A stretch of DNA of 64,000 nucleotides from Catajapyx aquilonaris. Its lineage: Eukaryota. The notes beneath the pieces are model-generated. The model was not told where the DNA came from, did no database searches, and saw only the letters and a program-made list of their open reading frames with translations. Every line of letters starts with the position of its first letter. Positions within the stretch are counted from its first letter, which is position 1. The position numbers and the translations under genes are program-made. Location of the stretch: NCBI GenBank assembly GCA_000934665.2, contig KZ538380.1, positions 1-64,000 on the forward strand, in the 5' to 3' direction. Shown piece by piece: positions 37,300-50,958 of the stretch.

Positions 37300-38950
37300 T
37301 AATAGCTTCCATGGGTTCCTGACCAAGTCTATCAGGAATTTGCCCTGGGTTTTACCTGATGCTCTGGCACAAGGGCTGGCAGAGTTTGCAAGTGACCCAG
37401 CCTAGGAAAACCCCACACCCATTCTCATCACCCAGCCGCATGCCTTAATTCAAATAAATGCAAACAATTACAAACGATTACAAACTACCAAAGATAAAAG
37501 TCCGTATCTTCTATTAGAAAGGAGTAAGCAATCAGCTAATCAAAAAAGAAAACACCCCCAGTGTTGTATGGAGAGCACAAAAACCAGCCAGCTGCCCTCA
37601 CAGCAACCAGGTACACCCAGGAATGTCTGAGGAGAGACTGGGTCTCCTCCTCCACATGGCACCTCCTTCAATCCATTTCTGGCTTCATCAACTCCCCCAG
37701 CGTCAGAAATTCGGCGGGATCCCTGGCCTGAGGTCGGTGTGGCAGCAACAGCCCCAGTCATGTGGTCATATCAGGCTATCAGCTCCCCCTTTCCGGTCAT
37801 CCCACCGCAGGTCATTTTCTCAACCATCCTGGTCTGTAGATGTGGCATTGTGTGGAGATCGCAGGGCCAGGGAAGAAGCCAAAATACCACTTGTCTCTCC
37901 ACCCCTCCCATTCCAGCCGATTTCCAGGTTTCGAGGGCCAAATGGAGAATCTGGCACAGCACACGGGGAGGTGACTCTGGCAGGAACTGTTGTTGTCTCG
38001 CAGTGAAAAGCTTGGCTTCCTGATCAGCCAATTCGTTGCCGAACGTGACCTGGTGTCCCTTCATCCAGCACATCCCCACCCAGTGAATCTCCTGACTAGC
38101 TTCCCTCATGTACCTTCGTGTATACAGGGCCATAGATGAAGTGGAGCAAGGATTCGTCACCATCTGCAGCGCAGATCTGGAGACCACCCAGGTAGTGTGT
38201 TCTGATTGTGCAGAGACGGCAATCTCCAAAGCACACCTGACCATCACTAATTCGATGTAAATATCCCGACTGATGCAGCGAAAGAAGTGCCCTCGTGAGC
38301 AACGACCTGCTGGCCGCCATCCAGAATGACCATGGCTCCTCCCGTCCCATCACTGAGCCATCAGTAAATATCAAGCAATCTGCTCCCACAGGCACCCCCT
38401 CCCATGTGTTGATGGCGGGCCATCTCCATTCCCACGACAGCAAAGAGTCCTGCACAGGAACAGGCATCCTCACCAGACCTGGCTCAGCCGGGCATGATAT
38501 ATCGATACACATTGTCTCACACCTCTGACTGATTTGATATGCCATGATATTATTGCCAAGGCTGATCCTTGAATTGATACTTTGCATAGGTTACGATATC
38601 CATGAAAATATGCGCTTATAGGCTTGCGTTGGTCTCAGACGGTCTCAGATGTAGGACTTTGAGGGTGACAGCACCAAGTACTGTCTGTCTTGTGGCCCTA
38701 CCAGGCATGGTAAGTCATATTGCATGATGATTTCAGTTCATTGCGATGCATAAGCGAGCTAGGCGCTTATTGTTGGTTGTGTATCCGCAACATGTACTGT
38801 CCGTCTTGTGGCACCGCAGGCCAAAGAACCCTTATTACGGGTTTGCCAACCAGTCCAAATTCAGAATTTAATTCCACAGCCCTTGTGCCATACGGCCAAG
38901 TAAAACCTGAGAAAATCCCCAATACACTTGATCAGAAACCCACGGACACT
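37300..38950 (-). mobile_element. Degenerate non-LTR retrotransposon with RNase H domain
   Basis: LIFTDGSV (38096-38587 ORF) and W.KGHQVTFGNELADQEAK (37771-38247 ORF); boundaries approximate. Confidence 0.75.
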
Positions 38951-40821
38951 ATTTCCTAGAATTGCAAGGTAACCCGCTGGTAGCATTAAACCCCAATTAT
39001 TATTTTAACAATTATGACAACTCATAAATTCCTTTCACCCCTGCAAAGATAATTGTTTTTATATATCTCTCCACATTTAAAAAGTAACAATAGCTTACAT
39101 ATTTTTGTCCCTATTCACCTGAATTTACCCATGGTATTGGGCATTAGGGGCAACTGAAGCACTTACTACCGCACTTACAGCATTAGCGACTAGCCCGAGG
39201 ACTAGCCACTGGTGCAGTGGAGTACATGTGCTGCAGCTTCTCGTTGTACACTGTACCGGCAGGACGACGCAAACAGAAGCAATTCAAGCCGGCATCGGCA
39301 GCATGACAAGCAGAGTTGTTCGATGAAAAAGAACAAAACAAATACAAAACAAGAAAACCGCAGTAGACTACGCCATCTTGGACAAGGTTGCCAGGTGCAC
39401 GAGATGGTTCAAAGGTGTTGCCAGATCATGGGATATTACTGATGGAGCGCGGATTTCAAAAGTAAAATTGAGACACTTTAAAAAGAGGAATTATTTAGAC
39501 GCTCACGAGGATTCTGGACCTGGTGTGCTGTCTGGATGATTCAGACGATTCAGACACAAAATTTACAAGCCAGATCAGCTGATTACATAACAACTGCGAA
39601 GAATTGTGCGCGCAAAATTAATAAAAACTTCAAAAGTACAGACCCCGGTACAGACTGTCAACATTCTATGTCATTGTACGTTGTTGTCCAATTTGAATTT
39701 CCATGGAAATGTGAAAAAGTCTACTTTAATCACGCACGAGCAGAATTTCATGCACGTTGATGTACAGTAATTTATACAATCCGACGAACAAATTGGCATT
39801 CAAAATTCATAAACTCGATCGTGGTATTACTGGATCACATGAAAATGTGTGCTTGCTGTGGTAGAGAGAAATTTATTAACTCGAGGGAAGTGCACTGCCT
39901 TTTTTTGTACTGCTGTATTTGTCATGTGTAAAACTAAAAATAAGATGTGCAAATTTTTACAGGGGCTATAATAAGGACCTGTATAGATGAATTTTTTGAT
40001 GAGCGCAACCGAGTGCGCAACCAGGGCTGGATTTAGATCTTGGGGGGCCCAGGGGATATTGGTTAGTGGGGGGCCCCCGAAAGTCGAAATTTAAATATAC
40101 ACCAATAAAGCAGGCGCGTAGGCAGAAAAATTTTCGGGTGGGGGCCCATTTCATAAGCACTCTGAGGTGAACAAGCGGTAATGGGCGGGGAGGAAGCCCG
40201 CCGCAGGTGAAATTTTGGGGGGATTCAAGGTCACACGAGCTTAGGTGAATGTGGGAGATTTGAATGGGTGCGTATTTGATGAAATTGGTAGCCCATTTTC
40301 AAAAAAAATAAATCATGAATTCGTAATTTCTAATGCTATTTCCGGCTATTTCAAACATTTCTGGGAGGGGGGAACCTGCCCGTCTCCCCTGCATACGCCA
40401 CTAAGGATATTAAATTCATGGCCACGGGAAAGCTGGTAGTGCTCCCGACACTTTGACTATTTCCGATGAGGAATTGCTTACTATATTAACCTATTAAGCA
40501 CTTTAGCCTGGAGCTGGAGGTTCGTAAGTATCGTCACAAGTTGTTAATATATTTTAAACTTTTAATAATTAAATAAAGTATTTTAAACTTTTTGTCATGC
40601 CCCCCCCTATAAATCCGGCCCTGTGTTGAACATTCAGTGTAATACTCCTCTCCTTGCACCTGCTGTTTGATATTACACCGGCACTGTAAGGGACAAAAAA
40701 AAATTGGGAACAAAGTGGAAAAAAATAAACTCGCCGCCTTCCAAGAGCCATTGAAGAGATCATTTATTGTAACTCTGGCAGAAGATGCATATATGATAAT
40801 GGTCATCATGCAATCTTCGTA

Positions 40822-40956
40822 TTAGGAGTCAGATTTCTCGGGATTCTCGGGATTCTCGGGCTCCTGGCGCTGAAGGCGTTGCCTCTTACGATCATCTAGG
40901 AACGACAGGGTGCGATTAATCACGTCACGATAACGATGGTATTTTCGTAGACATAG
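40822..40956 (-). CDS. Acidic low-complexity gene, last exon
   Basis: TTTGCTTTGTTGCAG acceptor after a 70-nt intron; LCLRKYHRYRDVINRTLSFLDDRKRQRLQRQEPENPENPEKSDS*. Confidence 0.6.
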   Translation of the reverse strand, partial: LCLRKYHRYRDVINRTLSFLDDRKRQRLQRQEPENPENPEKSDS

Positions 40957-41026
40957 CTGCAACAAAGCAAATATGTCAGAAAACAAGATCTCCTGGTTAA
41001 TCTCAAGTCAAAATTGAGCCATATAC

Positions 41027-41280
41027 CTGCCCAGGAAAGTACTCGGGATCCTCATCCCCATCGCTGTCCGCCGCGACACGCATGTCTGTCATGTGGGCCA
41101 CTGTAAAAGTCAGTTTCTCCACAGTGGAGAGAGAATCATAAGGTCGAACTTCGTGTGGCAGAGCACGCTGCTGTAGATCGGCATATGCACGGCGCACACC
41201 TGCAGCATAGGGGCCTTCACCATTCGATGTCCCCTCATCCTCACTCTGCTCAGTAGCATCAGGAGTCGTTGATGATTGTC
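41027..41280 (-). CDS. Acidic low-complexity gene, middle exon
   Basis: TTGTTGAACAG acceptor (phase 1), CAG|GTATAT donor (phase 0); QSSTTPDATEQSEDEG...DSDGDEDPEYFPGQ open throughout. Confidence 0.65.
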
Positions 41281-43340
41281 CTGTTCAACAAGCAAAATTT
41301 CTATTTCAATGGCAGCAAACAGTATGTTGCCCTCAATAATAACTTTTGAGTTTTATCTCCACTACGACATAACTTCGTATGCTTGTACTATACCCAGCAG
41401 TAGGGCTACCGTATTTGTTGATTGTCTGATGTTTAGATGAGGTGTAGAAAAATGTCCAAGTAGGCCTACAGACTTACCGGTATGTTTTTTTAAGCATCCA
41501 GAAGTGCTACACTAATTGAATGTTGAAAATTTTACATACCGTAACTTATAGCTGGATGTAATCAAAGGCCTTCCATAAGCCCATGAACAATGAGGATTTC
41601 GCGTTTCGCTGTTACTGAGAAACGTTTTCGTCACAGAGTAGAACTATACAGGTGAGTGACTGAACAGCAGTTCATTCAGTGGCCAGTATAGCTAGATTTC
41701 CAAAAACAAGTCTAAAATGTAGTGGTGGAAATTGCCAAGAAACCAACCGGCTCCGACGTTGACGATGACAAACTGACTCATGATTATACCTCTATACCTC
41801 TGCATATCATTATTACAATCATGATATAAGGTGAAATGCAGGTGGCCTCTGGTGTCTTCTGCGTTGTTACCTGTTGGTGTCTCGACATTTCCCACTCCTG
41901 CACTAGTGCACTTTACACTTGTTTGTGGCCAATCACTGGCAGCTGGATGACCTGTCTATATAATTATGACTCATCGTCTACATTTGCCATAAGAAAGTCC
42001 GCAGGTGTTACGTCGGATGTAATATTGCATAATTATTTGAGAACAAGGGCAAGAACTCGAGCCCTGGCTTCTGCCCCATTTATGTGCTACAATACTTCTG
42101 CAAACTTTGCAACAGGTTAAATTTTAAAATAGGCATTTTCCATACAAGTAGTGTGAACAAATCATCACTTCGGAACGTTTTCCCTAATATGACCAGTTAT
42201 TTACAAGAATAATTACTGTTATTATACCTTCAGTTTCCCATAATACCAGGATGTTTCACTAGGTATAGTCCCCCCCAAAGAACCGGCTATAATTATTATT
42301 CCTTCCACTCTACCTAGACAATTATGATGTTTGAGTTCAAACTTCCCTTATTAGTTCATGGGAATGTAGGCTACATAGGTAACACCATTCAGAATAAATG
42401 CTGGAAGTGTGTTTCACTGACATGCAAACTCACTCGAACGCGACGCAACGTGACACTCCTTATCGATGTTACTTCGCAGCATGTCTTCGCCAATTATAGT
42501 CTAGAACTCTAGATGGCTGCACTGATGTTGCTTTCCAAGCCTTCTAACGTCCAGGCTTATTGTTGTAAATACAGTATAAGTCAAGTAATATAACCCTATT
42601 CGATTCGGAGCTCTTTGGCAGGTGGAAACAGAATAACCAATATTTCTTGTGGCAAATGTAGTAACTTTGTTGGTCATGCCAGCAGCCTGTGCATCACTTC
42701 TTAAATTTTTCATCTTCTAAAGGAGGTCATCTGTCACTGGACTGGTCTAAACACTCAGTGCAGTAATCCGGAATATTAATATCGATATGCTGAAGAGAAC
42801 CTTCGATAATAAGGATATTCGCGTCGTGTCGCTTTCGAGTGCATGGAGGTCGGTGAAGGTCAATTACAGCATTTATTGTGAATGGTGCTACATTCTCATG
42901 AACAAAGGTAAATTTTAAACCAAACGTCACGTTTCTAGGCGGAGTAGGAAGAAAAATATAGCCGGTTCTATAGGCCAAGCAAAATTAGTATACTAATTCT
43001 GCTTGGTTCTACTTACTCTTTTGCAAAGGAATTACCGTTGTAACAGGATACCCATGCCATGCAAAGTTTTGCATGTGAGATCGTTAGTGCTCAGAATCCA
43101 ATAATATTCAAAGGAATAAGCCATGCAGTTACTCCACTGACGCGATTAATGCAATTTTACAGAAACCGTAGCATGCTAGTCCAGCACTTTGAAAGTGAAT
43201 TTTGTACTCAATATTCTGAAAACTACTATATTTTCAACTGGAGACTGGAAAAAACTGCAGTAGTTATTCGTCTGGTGTTCTGCACGGTTGGGCTGATCTG
43301 TGACTACACTCGTGCGCTCTAAATCGCGAAGTGCCCCCAC

Positions 43341-43491
43341 CTGCTGCACCTTGACCTGCTGCACCTTGACCTGCTGCACCTTGACCTGCTACACCTTGAC
43401 CTGATGCACCCTGTTCGTCCGCATCCTCCGTTTCCGCGGTGGGCTCATATCCAGCAGCTTCCATCTGGTTATTTTCTTTGTCCTTGTCCAT
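43341..43491 (-). CDS. Acidic low-complexity gene, first coding exon
   Basis: ACAATGG start; MDKDKENNQMEAAGYEPTAETEDADEQGASGQGVA(GQGAA)x3; phase-1 G|GTGGGG donor; 15-bp tandem repeat. Confidence 0.6.
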
Positions 43492-44234
43492 TGTTCCAAA
43501 ATACGATGTAAACGAAGGAAGAAGAACAGTGCCTGGAATCAACAAGAAAAATGAAGCACAAGTCGATGTCAAAGTTGTGTCACTGGGTTGTGACACCCCC
43601 TAGATTGCGGGGGTGTCTTATGGTGGACCACGGAAGCTGGAGTTTGTTTCTGAAGTAGGAAGACAGCCTCGTGCGAGGCTGGACGAATAAATCGGAATAA
43701 ATAGGTTTTGGCAACCTGTATATAATTATTGGACCACGATAACGACCCTGAGGTGACCTCGCGACTGTCGCGAGGTCGGAGTAACGACCTAGAGAGGTCA
43801 TATCTTACCAAGCGTGTGATGGGAACTAACTACTGGCAAGCGTCCTGTACCACTGCACTGCTTATACTGGTGAGGCTGCCAACAGCCAATGTGCGAAACA
43901 CGACCCAATATGCCGGACGGTCTTCCGTATTTACGAGGCAAGCGAGGGTCTGAGTCATATCTTATCTCTATCGCTGTTATGCTGTATTGTTTTTCTGGAC
44001 AGACTGGAGGTTCGGATTTCTGCCCTCATTAGGTACTCAGGAAGTGCTTCATTGGTGTGGACCCAGAAGTGGATCAGATTTTACTGTAGTATATCCAAAA
44101 AAAAAATCAAAATTGAGGAGGGTAAGAAGAGTTAGGCCTACTTTGGTTGTCAGAAAAGGAAGAAACGTACGTTATACGTTATACGTTTCGGTTGATTTTA
44201 CCGAAACGTAAAACGTACATTTCTTCCTTTTCTG

Positions 44235-44823
44235 ACAACCAAAGTAACTCCTCTTACCCTCCTCAATTTTGAATTTTTTTGGATTTTCTAATTCTGCTTG
44301 GCCTATAGTGTTGAGAAAACATCACCTCCGCTGCTAATTTCCACGTTAGCAGGGTGAAAATACAGCCAAAATACGATATTCCGAAGCCACAACACCTGCA
44401 TCCGGTCGCGAGTCGCTGGTCCCGGCTGCCCGGTCCCGGTCGCCTTTCACCGCGTCTATAGCTTTGAAGTCGAAGGCGATTATAATAATGGAGAGCCTTG
44501 GAGTCCTGGCTCTCCATTATTATAATCGCCTTCGACTTCAAAGCGTGCGATATGACCCTTCTCCTTCGCGGCACCGGAAAGAGCTACAGATGCGGTATGC
44601 GGTGAAAGGCAACCGCGACCGGGCAGCCAGGACCGGCGACGCGCGACCGGGTGCAGATGTTGTGGCTTCGGAATATCGCCTTGTGGCTGTATTTTCACCC
44701 TGCTAACGTGGAAATTGGCAGCGGAGGTGATGTTTTCTCAACACTATAGGCCAAGCAGAATTAGAAAATAATTAAAAAATTCAAAATTGAGGAGAGTAAG
44801 AAGAGTTACGGTACTTTGGTTGT
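44235..44823. mobile_element. Long palindromic MITE, copy 2
   Basis: Same family as 17824-18389; preceded by an inverted extra terminus at 44098-44150. Confidence 0.85.
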
Positions 44824-46261
44824 GAGTCTGTCCAGCTAAGGTCAAGAGAACTCCTCATTTATTCCCATGGACCTTTTTATCCGCTCTGCACCACTTGATG
44901 GACTGATTGGAGTAATATTACCTCCCATAAAGCGCCATGCCGGTATAAAACGAGGTCGACCAGCACATGCCGGTATAACCCGGGGGGTGGCCGGCATACC
45001 GCAATAACCGAGGTAGGTTTCTGTAATTTTGATCCTTGTCATTTTTAATGGAATGCTTCTAGTACCGTACTGAAATATTATGATATGTTGCGATGAAAAT
45101 TGGCGAGTGTACAGGGCTGTGAGAATATGCAAGTTCTGTTGCACAGTGCATAGTGTGTGACCCAAGTGTGACCAATCCCGTATCCCGTCATCAGCCTGCT
45201 TTGAGAGGGGAAACCCCTACTCCAACACAATGGATCAAGACCAAGGGAGGAATTATTTTCGTCGTATTACTAGTTACTGCTAACTTAGCAGTAAGCTACC
45301 ATTGCATTACACTGGGGCATACACTGGTAGGTATTTATCATTTTAGTGTAAGAATAATATCGGTCATGTTTGAAAAATGAAAGGGTCGATTTGGAAAAGT
45401 GAAAACCTCGCCCTATACCGGCATGCATGCAGCGCCAGATTATCTCNNNNNCTCCCCCCCCCCCCCTGCATGACGCTTAAAAATGGCCACCCTTTGGCAA
45501 TTTCCTTTACTGCCTATAGTGGTAAATCAAGCTCTCAAAAATGTAATTTTCTTTGTGATCTCTCCTTTATTTCCTAGGCCTATTTGAGAAATATTATTTA
45601 TTGTTTATTGCAACTCGCGGGAGGGGTTTTAAAATATCTCCAAAACATACCACGAATTTTTAAAATATTTTCTTACGACTTTTGTAGAGGAAGGTTTCAA
45701 CTTCCCAACCATAAACTACCATAAACTACAACTACTTCCAACATACTTAACATGCAAATTATGCAAAGCCCACAACAGGAACATACTACACTTTAGCTAA
45801 ATCAAATCCTGTAAAACACAGGATAACCATCACATATCAAGCACGTGGAAAAAATAGAACCATTCGATAAATTTCCATAGGGTAAACCTTGGGGTAAACC
45901 AAGGACCATGGGAATCCGAGCTGATAAGGAGGCCAGGCATTCCAAGCCTGTGGGATTAGCAACAGGCAGAAAATGATTCCTGAAGAGAGAAATAAAAAAC
46001 GCATGCTATCACACTGGCACAAAATTCCAGCTCACTAGCCCTTATCAGTAATTCAACCCATTTGAGTCAGACAAACAGCCATTGATAGCCACCTCAGCTG
46101 CTTCCCAGGCTTCCTCTGACCTCAGGTGACCTGGAGCATTATTATTTTTAGATGTCATCCTCGTGTAGCCTACGTAGCTTCAAATAGCTGTAAAACATGG
46201 ATCAGACAGAAAACTGAGTCGTGTCCATAGTTTCGATGTTTCGTAATAGCCTATGTACGTA

Positions 46262-47244
46262 CAGGGTATGGAAAAACAACGTACAGTAGCCTACATAATC
46301 TTTGCGGGATGGTACCTAGAGAGGTTCTAGGCAATCAATTTATGATGCGTCATGGGTCTGCGCAGCCTATAGATACCGACATAATGGACTACAAACACAA
46401 GGTATAAAATATCTTGACAGGTGTGCGTCACTCTGTGCGACTTTCCTTTTTCATGTACATTTTAGGTGTTTCCATGTAATTGAATTGTAAGATATGATCC
46501 CATTCGGCGTATCAGTTAATGGCCTAGGCGATGGAAGTTCCGTACCAAGGGTAAACACAAAATTCGACACCAGCGGCACTGTCTTGCAAGCGAAGGGAGC
46601 ATAGGCTATGAGGAGTGAGGAGTGTGTACTGATGATCGACAACGGAGCTCTTGTGACGAATGCCTGAGCAGCCGAAATCACAGTGGTGGGTGTCTAAACA
46701 GCTACTAGCTACACATTCCTCGCAGAACACTGAAAAAAATAAAGAAATAGCCTACCTGAACTTAAAGCCATGTCACCCTCGTTTGCTTAATGCTCTCAAT
46801 GAGGACGACCCGGATAGGCATATGCAGTTGGAAGGCGTATATGGCTGGGAATGCTGCAGAAAAATCCAGGCTTGGGTTCATTTGGACAGATGGGGTCAAA
46901 TTTTTCGTTTCTGGTACATCGCATCAACAAAGTCACTGCCTCCTAACTCAGCTGCTATCCTTTGTTTCACCTCCACATAATATTATTTGTTGCGGAGTAT
47001 AAACGCACACAACGTATATATACGCGCTGCTCCAGTGACAATTGGTTCGCCACCATTCCCTTTCACAACAATGGGGGGGATTGCCCAATGAAGCACATCA
47101 TTATTCCCAATCTCAGGCCACACATTGATGGCATTTTCGACACTTTACACTCAGTAGTTTATGCTACAGACTGTGAAGCATCATGCACATAAATATGTGC
47201 CACCCTGTATTTATGATTTAATATGGTATGCTTTCCATACCCTG
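46262..47244 (+). mobile_element. Degenerate Tc1/mariner element
   Basis: TIR CAGGGTATGGAAA/TTTCCATACCCTG; transposase remnant LKPCHPRLLNALNEDDPDR...IWTDG. Confidence 0.7.
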
Positions 47245-47916
47245 GTAGTAGTTTGTGTGAAAAGTTGGACTCTGAACATTCTTTTATAAGGTGCCATTTG
47301 TAACATTGATATACTTTAATTGATTGGAATACCATAGGATTTGACCAAAATGTAGGTCATGAATTTCTAACTATCATATAGGCCTATCAGTATTTAAAAT
47401 GTCCAAATCAGGTGCAACAAATGAAAAGCTTAATATTGGTTTCACTGGGGTGAGGAGTATTTGATTTTGGGAATTGGTAAATAACTATGCAAAATTACAA
47501 TATATTCCAGAAATATTATGGTTGGGGTGGATATGTATTATTATTGAGGAGATTTCTATCATGTTACATCATTTCTCATTGTCACTTTTATATTCCTGAA
47601 CCAGGAGGTAACCTCTGTATGCTAAAGAAATGTTAAGACCTAAAAGAGATGTCCAAGGATTACTATTGTCTTTGAACAGAATAATTTTTAGTTGTGATAT
47701 CTGTGGAACCATTTTAATGCACATTATTTCTAGTGATATTAGGGTTCTGAAACTTGTGAATATGGTTCCCTATTTCACTGCATATTTTTTGCAATAATTA
47801 AAGCCAAAAAGATGGCGACCCAAGATGCAACCATTCTTGGACATCCCCGAAGGATTAGGGTATATCCCAGATTCTGTCATTTATAACTTATTGTACATAA
47901 ATTTAAGCTCATATTT

Positions 47917-48252
47917 ATTTATTTTTTATTATTTTATTGTACCCCGTTGGGAGTTAATTTCCATTAGGGGGGTGGAATTACCACCATTTGGGTGGAACTG
48001 GTGTACTGTGCGATAGTACTTAGTGTGTTCCAAGGGTAGGTAGGAGGGGATGTGCAAAGTGCGTGTGCACAGACGTTGTATTTGCCGTTTTGTGAACTCC
48101 CCCGGGTGGCTTATGTGCAAGGATCGCCACCCGAAACGAAGCCAGAGACGGTCTCACTCTGCACGAAAGAAGGTGGGACCCCGGGTGGGGATTGAACCCG
48201 GGACCTTAACTTCCGGGGGCGCACGCGTTACCACGGCGCCACTCTGTCTCCC
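47917..48252 (-). mobile_element. tRNA-derived SINE (head shared with 13988-14336)
   Basis: TSD AATTTAAGCTCATATTT; B box GGTTCAATCCC; A-rich tail. Confidence 0.9.
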
Positions 48253-50230
48253 TAATTTAAGCTCATATTTTGTACTAATACTAGACAGTTTCCAGTCATT
48301 TTCTTAGATTTAAACAAAGTAATTATTCAGGTACTTGTGTCAAATAAACTACCTGCCTTCTCTAGACCCAAAGTATTAATTTATTGTTGGTCGACAAACA
48401 GACTGTATTTTTGTATGGAATAAAATGTCACAGTTTCACCTCAGCCTTATGGACACCTTTCCAAACACATGGACGAATGGTACTGAATGCAGGTAGTAAT
48501 GAAAGGGGGAAAGGGTGGAGGGTGAAAGTCACGCTTTTACATGGAAAGATGCGTAAGAATAGTTTTTTAAAAGGTCATTATTCAAAGGTGAATGTACAAA
48601 TGATTACAGACTGAAGAGTTGTAATGCATGAGAATAGTTTTTAAAAAAGTAATTATTCAAAGGTGAATGTACAAATGATCCAGGCTGACTTGTGAACCTC
48701 TCTGTGAGCTCACTCTGTCAGTTGTCGGACAACTTGGTTCCACTCCAAAGGACAAATTAATCCAACTCCTTATTCCTCAGGGTTCCCAGGATTGAGTGCC
48801 CACAAAACAAGTGTGCATTAAAAAATGGGGTAGCACACGTTGGGGCAACTCATCACATATTCATGCACTGGGCCAATTTGAATTGAAGTACAATTGTTGC
48901 ATATGTACAGTTCCGAGCATAAAGTTGGAGATGGCAGGCCCTCCCCTCCGGAGGGAACTTGGGTCAATCCACACCATTACGGTATCAAATACACTAATAC
49001 ACATATAAAGCAGCTGATAACTCGGCCAAAAAAGTGTCAATTAATTTAAGTTGGATGAAGAGGGTCAGAGAAGGCCCGCAACTATACCTCTCTGTTGTGA
49101 AGGGCTTGTCAATAGGCTTTATCAAGGAAGACGGTCCTGTTCAAATGACAGGTGGGAGTCAAGACAGTAATGGCAAGTCAAAGAAGTAAGGACAGTTATT
49201 TAACATAACTATTGATACACCACAATCTGATTTTCCGCAAGAAAGTTGTACTGTTGCCCTGACATCCAAGGGGGTACTCACTTCGGTACTCTGGTGTACA
49301 CCTGCAGTGGTACTCTTCAGTACTCCTTAGGTACTCCGGTGTACACTTTACAGTCGAGTGAGTACCCCCTCTCTGACATCCATCAAATTCTCGTATTTGT
49401 ACAGTGGTGTTTATTTATTACATGGTAATATGTAATGGACAGGAAAAAAATTCTGTGACTTTCTCGTTGTTACGTCATCTCGCATTTATTCTCTTTGAAC
49501 TGCATCTGTAAATAGGCTAGACCATATCTATACACCCACAATCTCGCTACGAACAGTTACATGTGGTAACACTTCAGACTCGAGATTGAAGGGTTCCAGG
49601 TTCAAATCACGGTGCTTCTTTGATTGTGATCTGTAGAAGAAAAAAACTTTCCCTTCTACATCATGCCAGCACTTCTCTTTAACAATTTATCCACTTATGC
49701 AATCAGTATGGGTGCAATTGGAGGTTATCTGGAAGGATTTTTAGGATGGGATGGGTTTGGAGTTTGGATCAGCAAGACAAGGAGAAAGGCCCAGAAATGA
49801 GGTTTTTGATGACCCACAGAAAAGCCGGTGCAAAAGCTGTTGGATTCTCTGTAATGAATCGGGTGTGGAGATATCTAATATATGCACACTTATTTCATTT
49901 ACATGCTGTATTCCTTTACAGTGGCATTTTTATTATCCACAAATTAAATGCACTAGTAACGGAAACATCTGCCCAAAATGTACTACTTATATCCCATTGG
50001 CCATAAGGGTTCATGATGATATTGTCATGACCATGTCAGAATCAGTGTCAGGGATCAGGGGTGGGCTCCAAGTGGAAGGTCACTTCTTAAGACATTTCCT
50101 TTTCACAGCAATTTTCTTTATTCTAGCAAGGTTGCCACATGATCATACCACCTGCACATGAGGCATGTATCGGCTCTTGCAGGACTTATCCCTATCATAA
50201 ACAAATGCGCAATGAAATCTGGGATAAACA

Positions 50231-50958
50231 CAGGGTCATTGAAAAAGAATGCACGTATTTTAAAACCCTATAACTCGAAGACTTGAGACATATCCTAGTC
50301 ATTTGAGTTTTGAAATACTAAGAAAGGTCTAAAGTTTTGGTCTCACTTTAGTTTGTTTCAATATAAGACTTATTTGTCGCTCGGCCAATTTTAAAAGGCA
50401 ATATTCGGTCTCGTGCCAAACCTGCTTAATAATATCTGGAGAATTTACTGTTTCAATCCTATCCCATAGTGCTGGATATGGTGGGTCTCTACACCACACA
50501 CATTGTTCTTGATGATGCACATAAAAAGTCCCCTCATTCATGAAACAAACCTGCCATAGGAAAGTTTCATTTGTTCGGCGTCCCAGTGTGCAAAGTCTCG
50601 AATGAGAAGTTTCTCAATGCCTAGCCCCAACAAGAGCCCAGATCTTACCCCAATTAACTTTTTTGTGGTGACATATGCATGACGAAAAGATTCGGCATCT
50701 CCAGCACCTACGGGAAAAGATGCAAAGGTATTGCCAGACATGTCTGCCGTCAGATGTCTGAGCAGGTTAGGCATAACATCAATTATCGTATAGATATATT
50801 TAGAGCGACAAATGGAGCTCAAACCAAAACAAACTATGGAAAGACCAAAACTTTAGACCTTTCTTAGCATTTCAAAACTTAAATCATTTAGATACAGTAT
50901 GTCTACAAGCTTTCAGTTATAGGGTTTTAAAATACACGCATTCTTTTTTGATGACCTT
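50231..50958. mobile_element. Tc1/mariner-derived MITE
   Basis: ~115-bp inverted ends starting CAGGGTCAT; internal SPDLTPINFF remnant. Confidence 0.75.

Noticed and set aside
39480..39760. Possible piggyBac N/C-terminal remnant (ILDLVCCLDDSDDSD)
   Set aside because: Too degenerate and no TIR pair found.
43341..43410. Short tandem repeats as a possible CRISPR-like array (also 21788-21863 and TTCCCTGAC repeats at 20400-20720)
   Set aside because: No unique spacers, eukaryotic context; they are coding VNTRs or subterminal transposon repeats.
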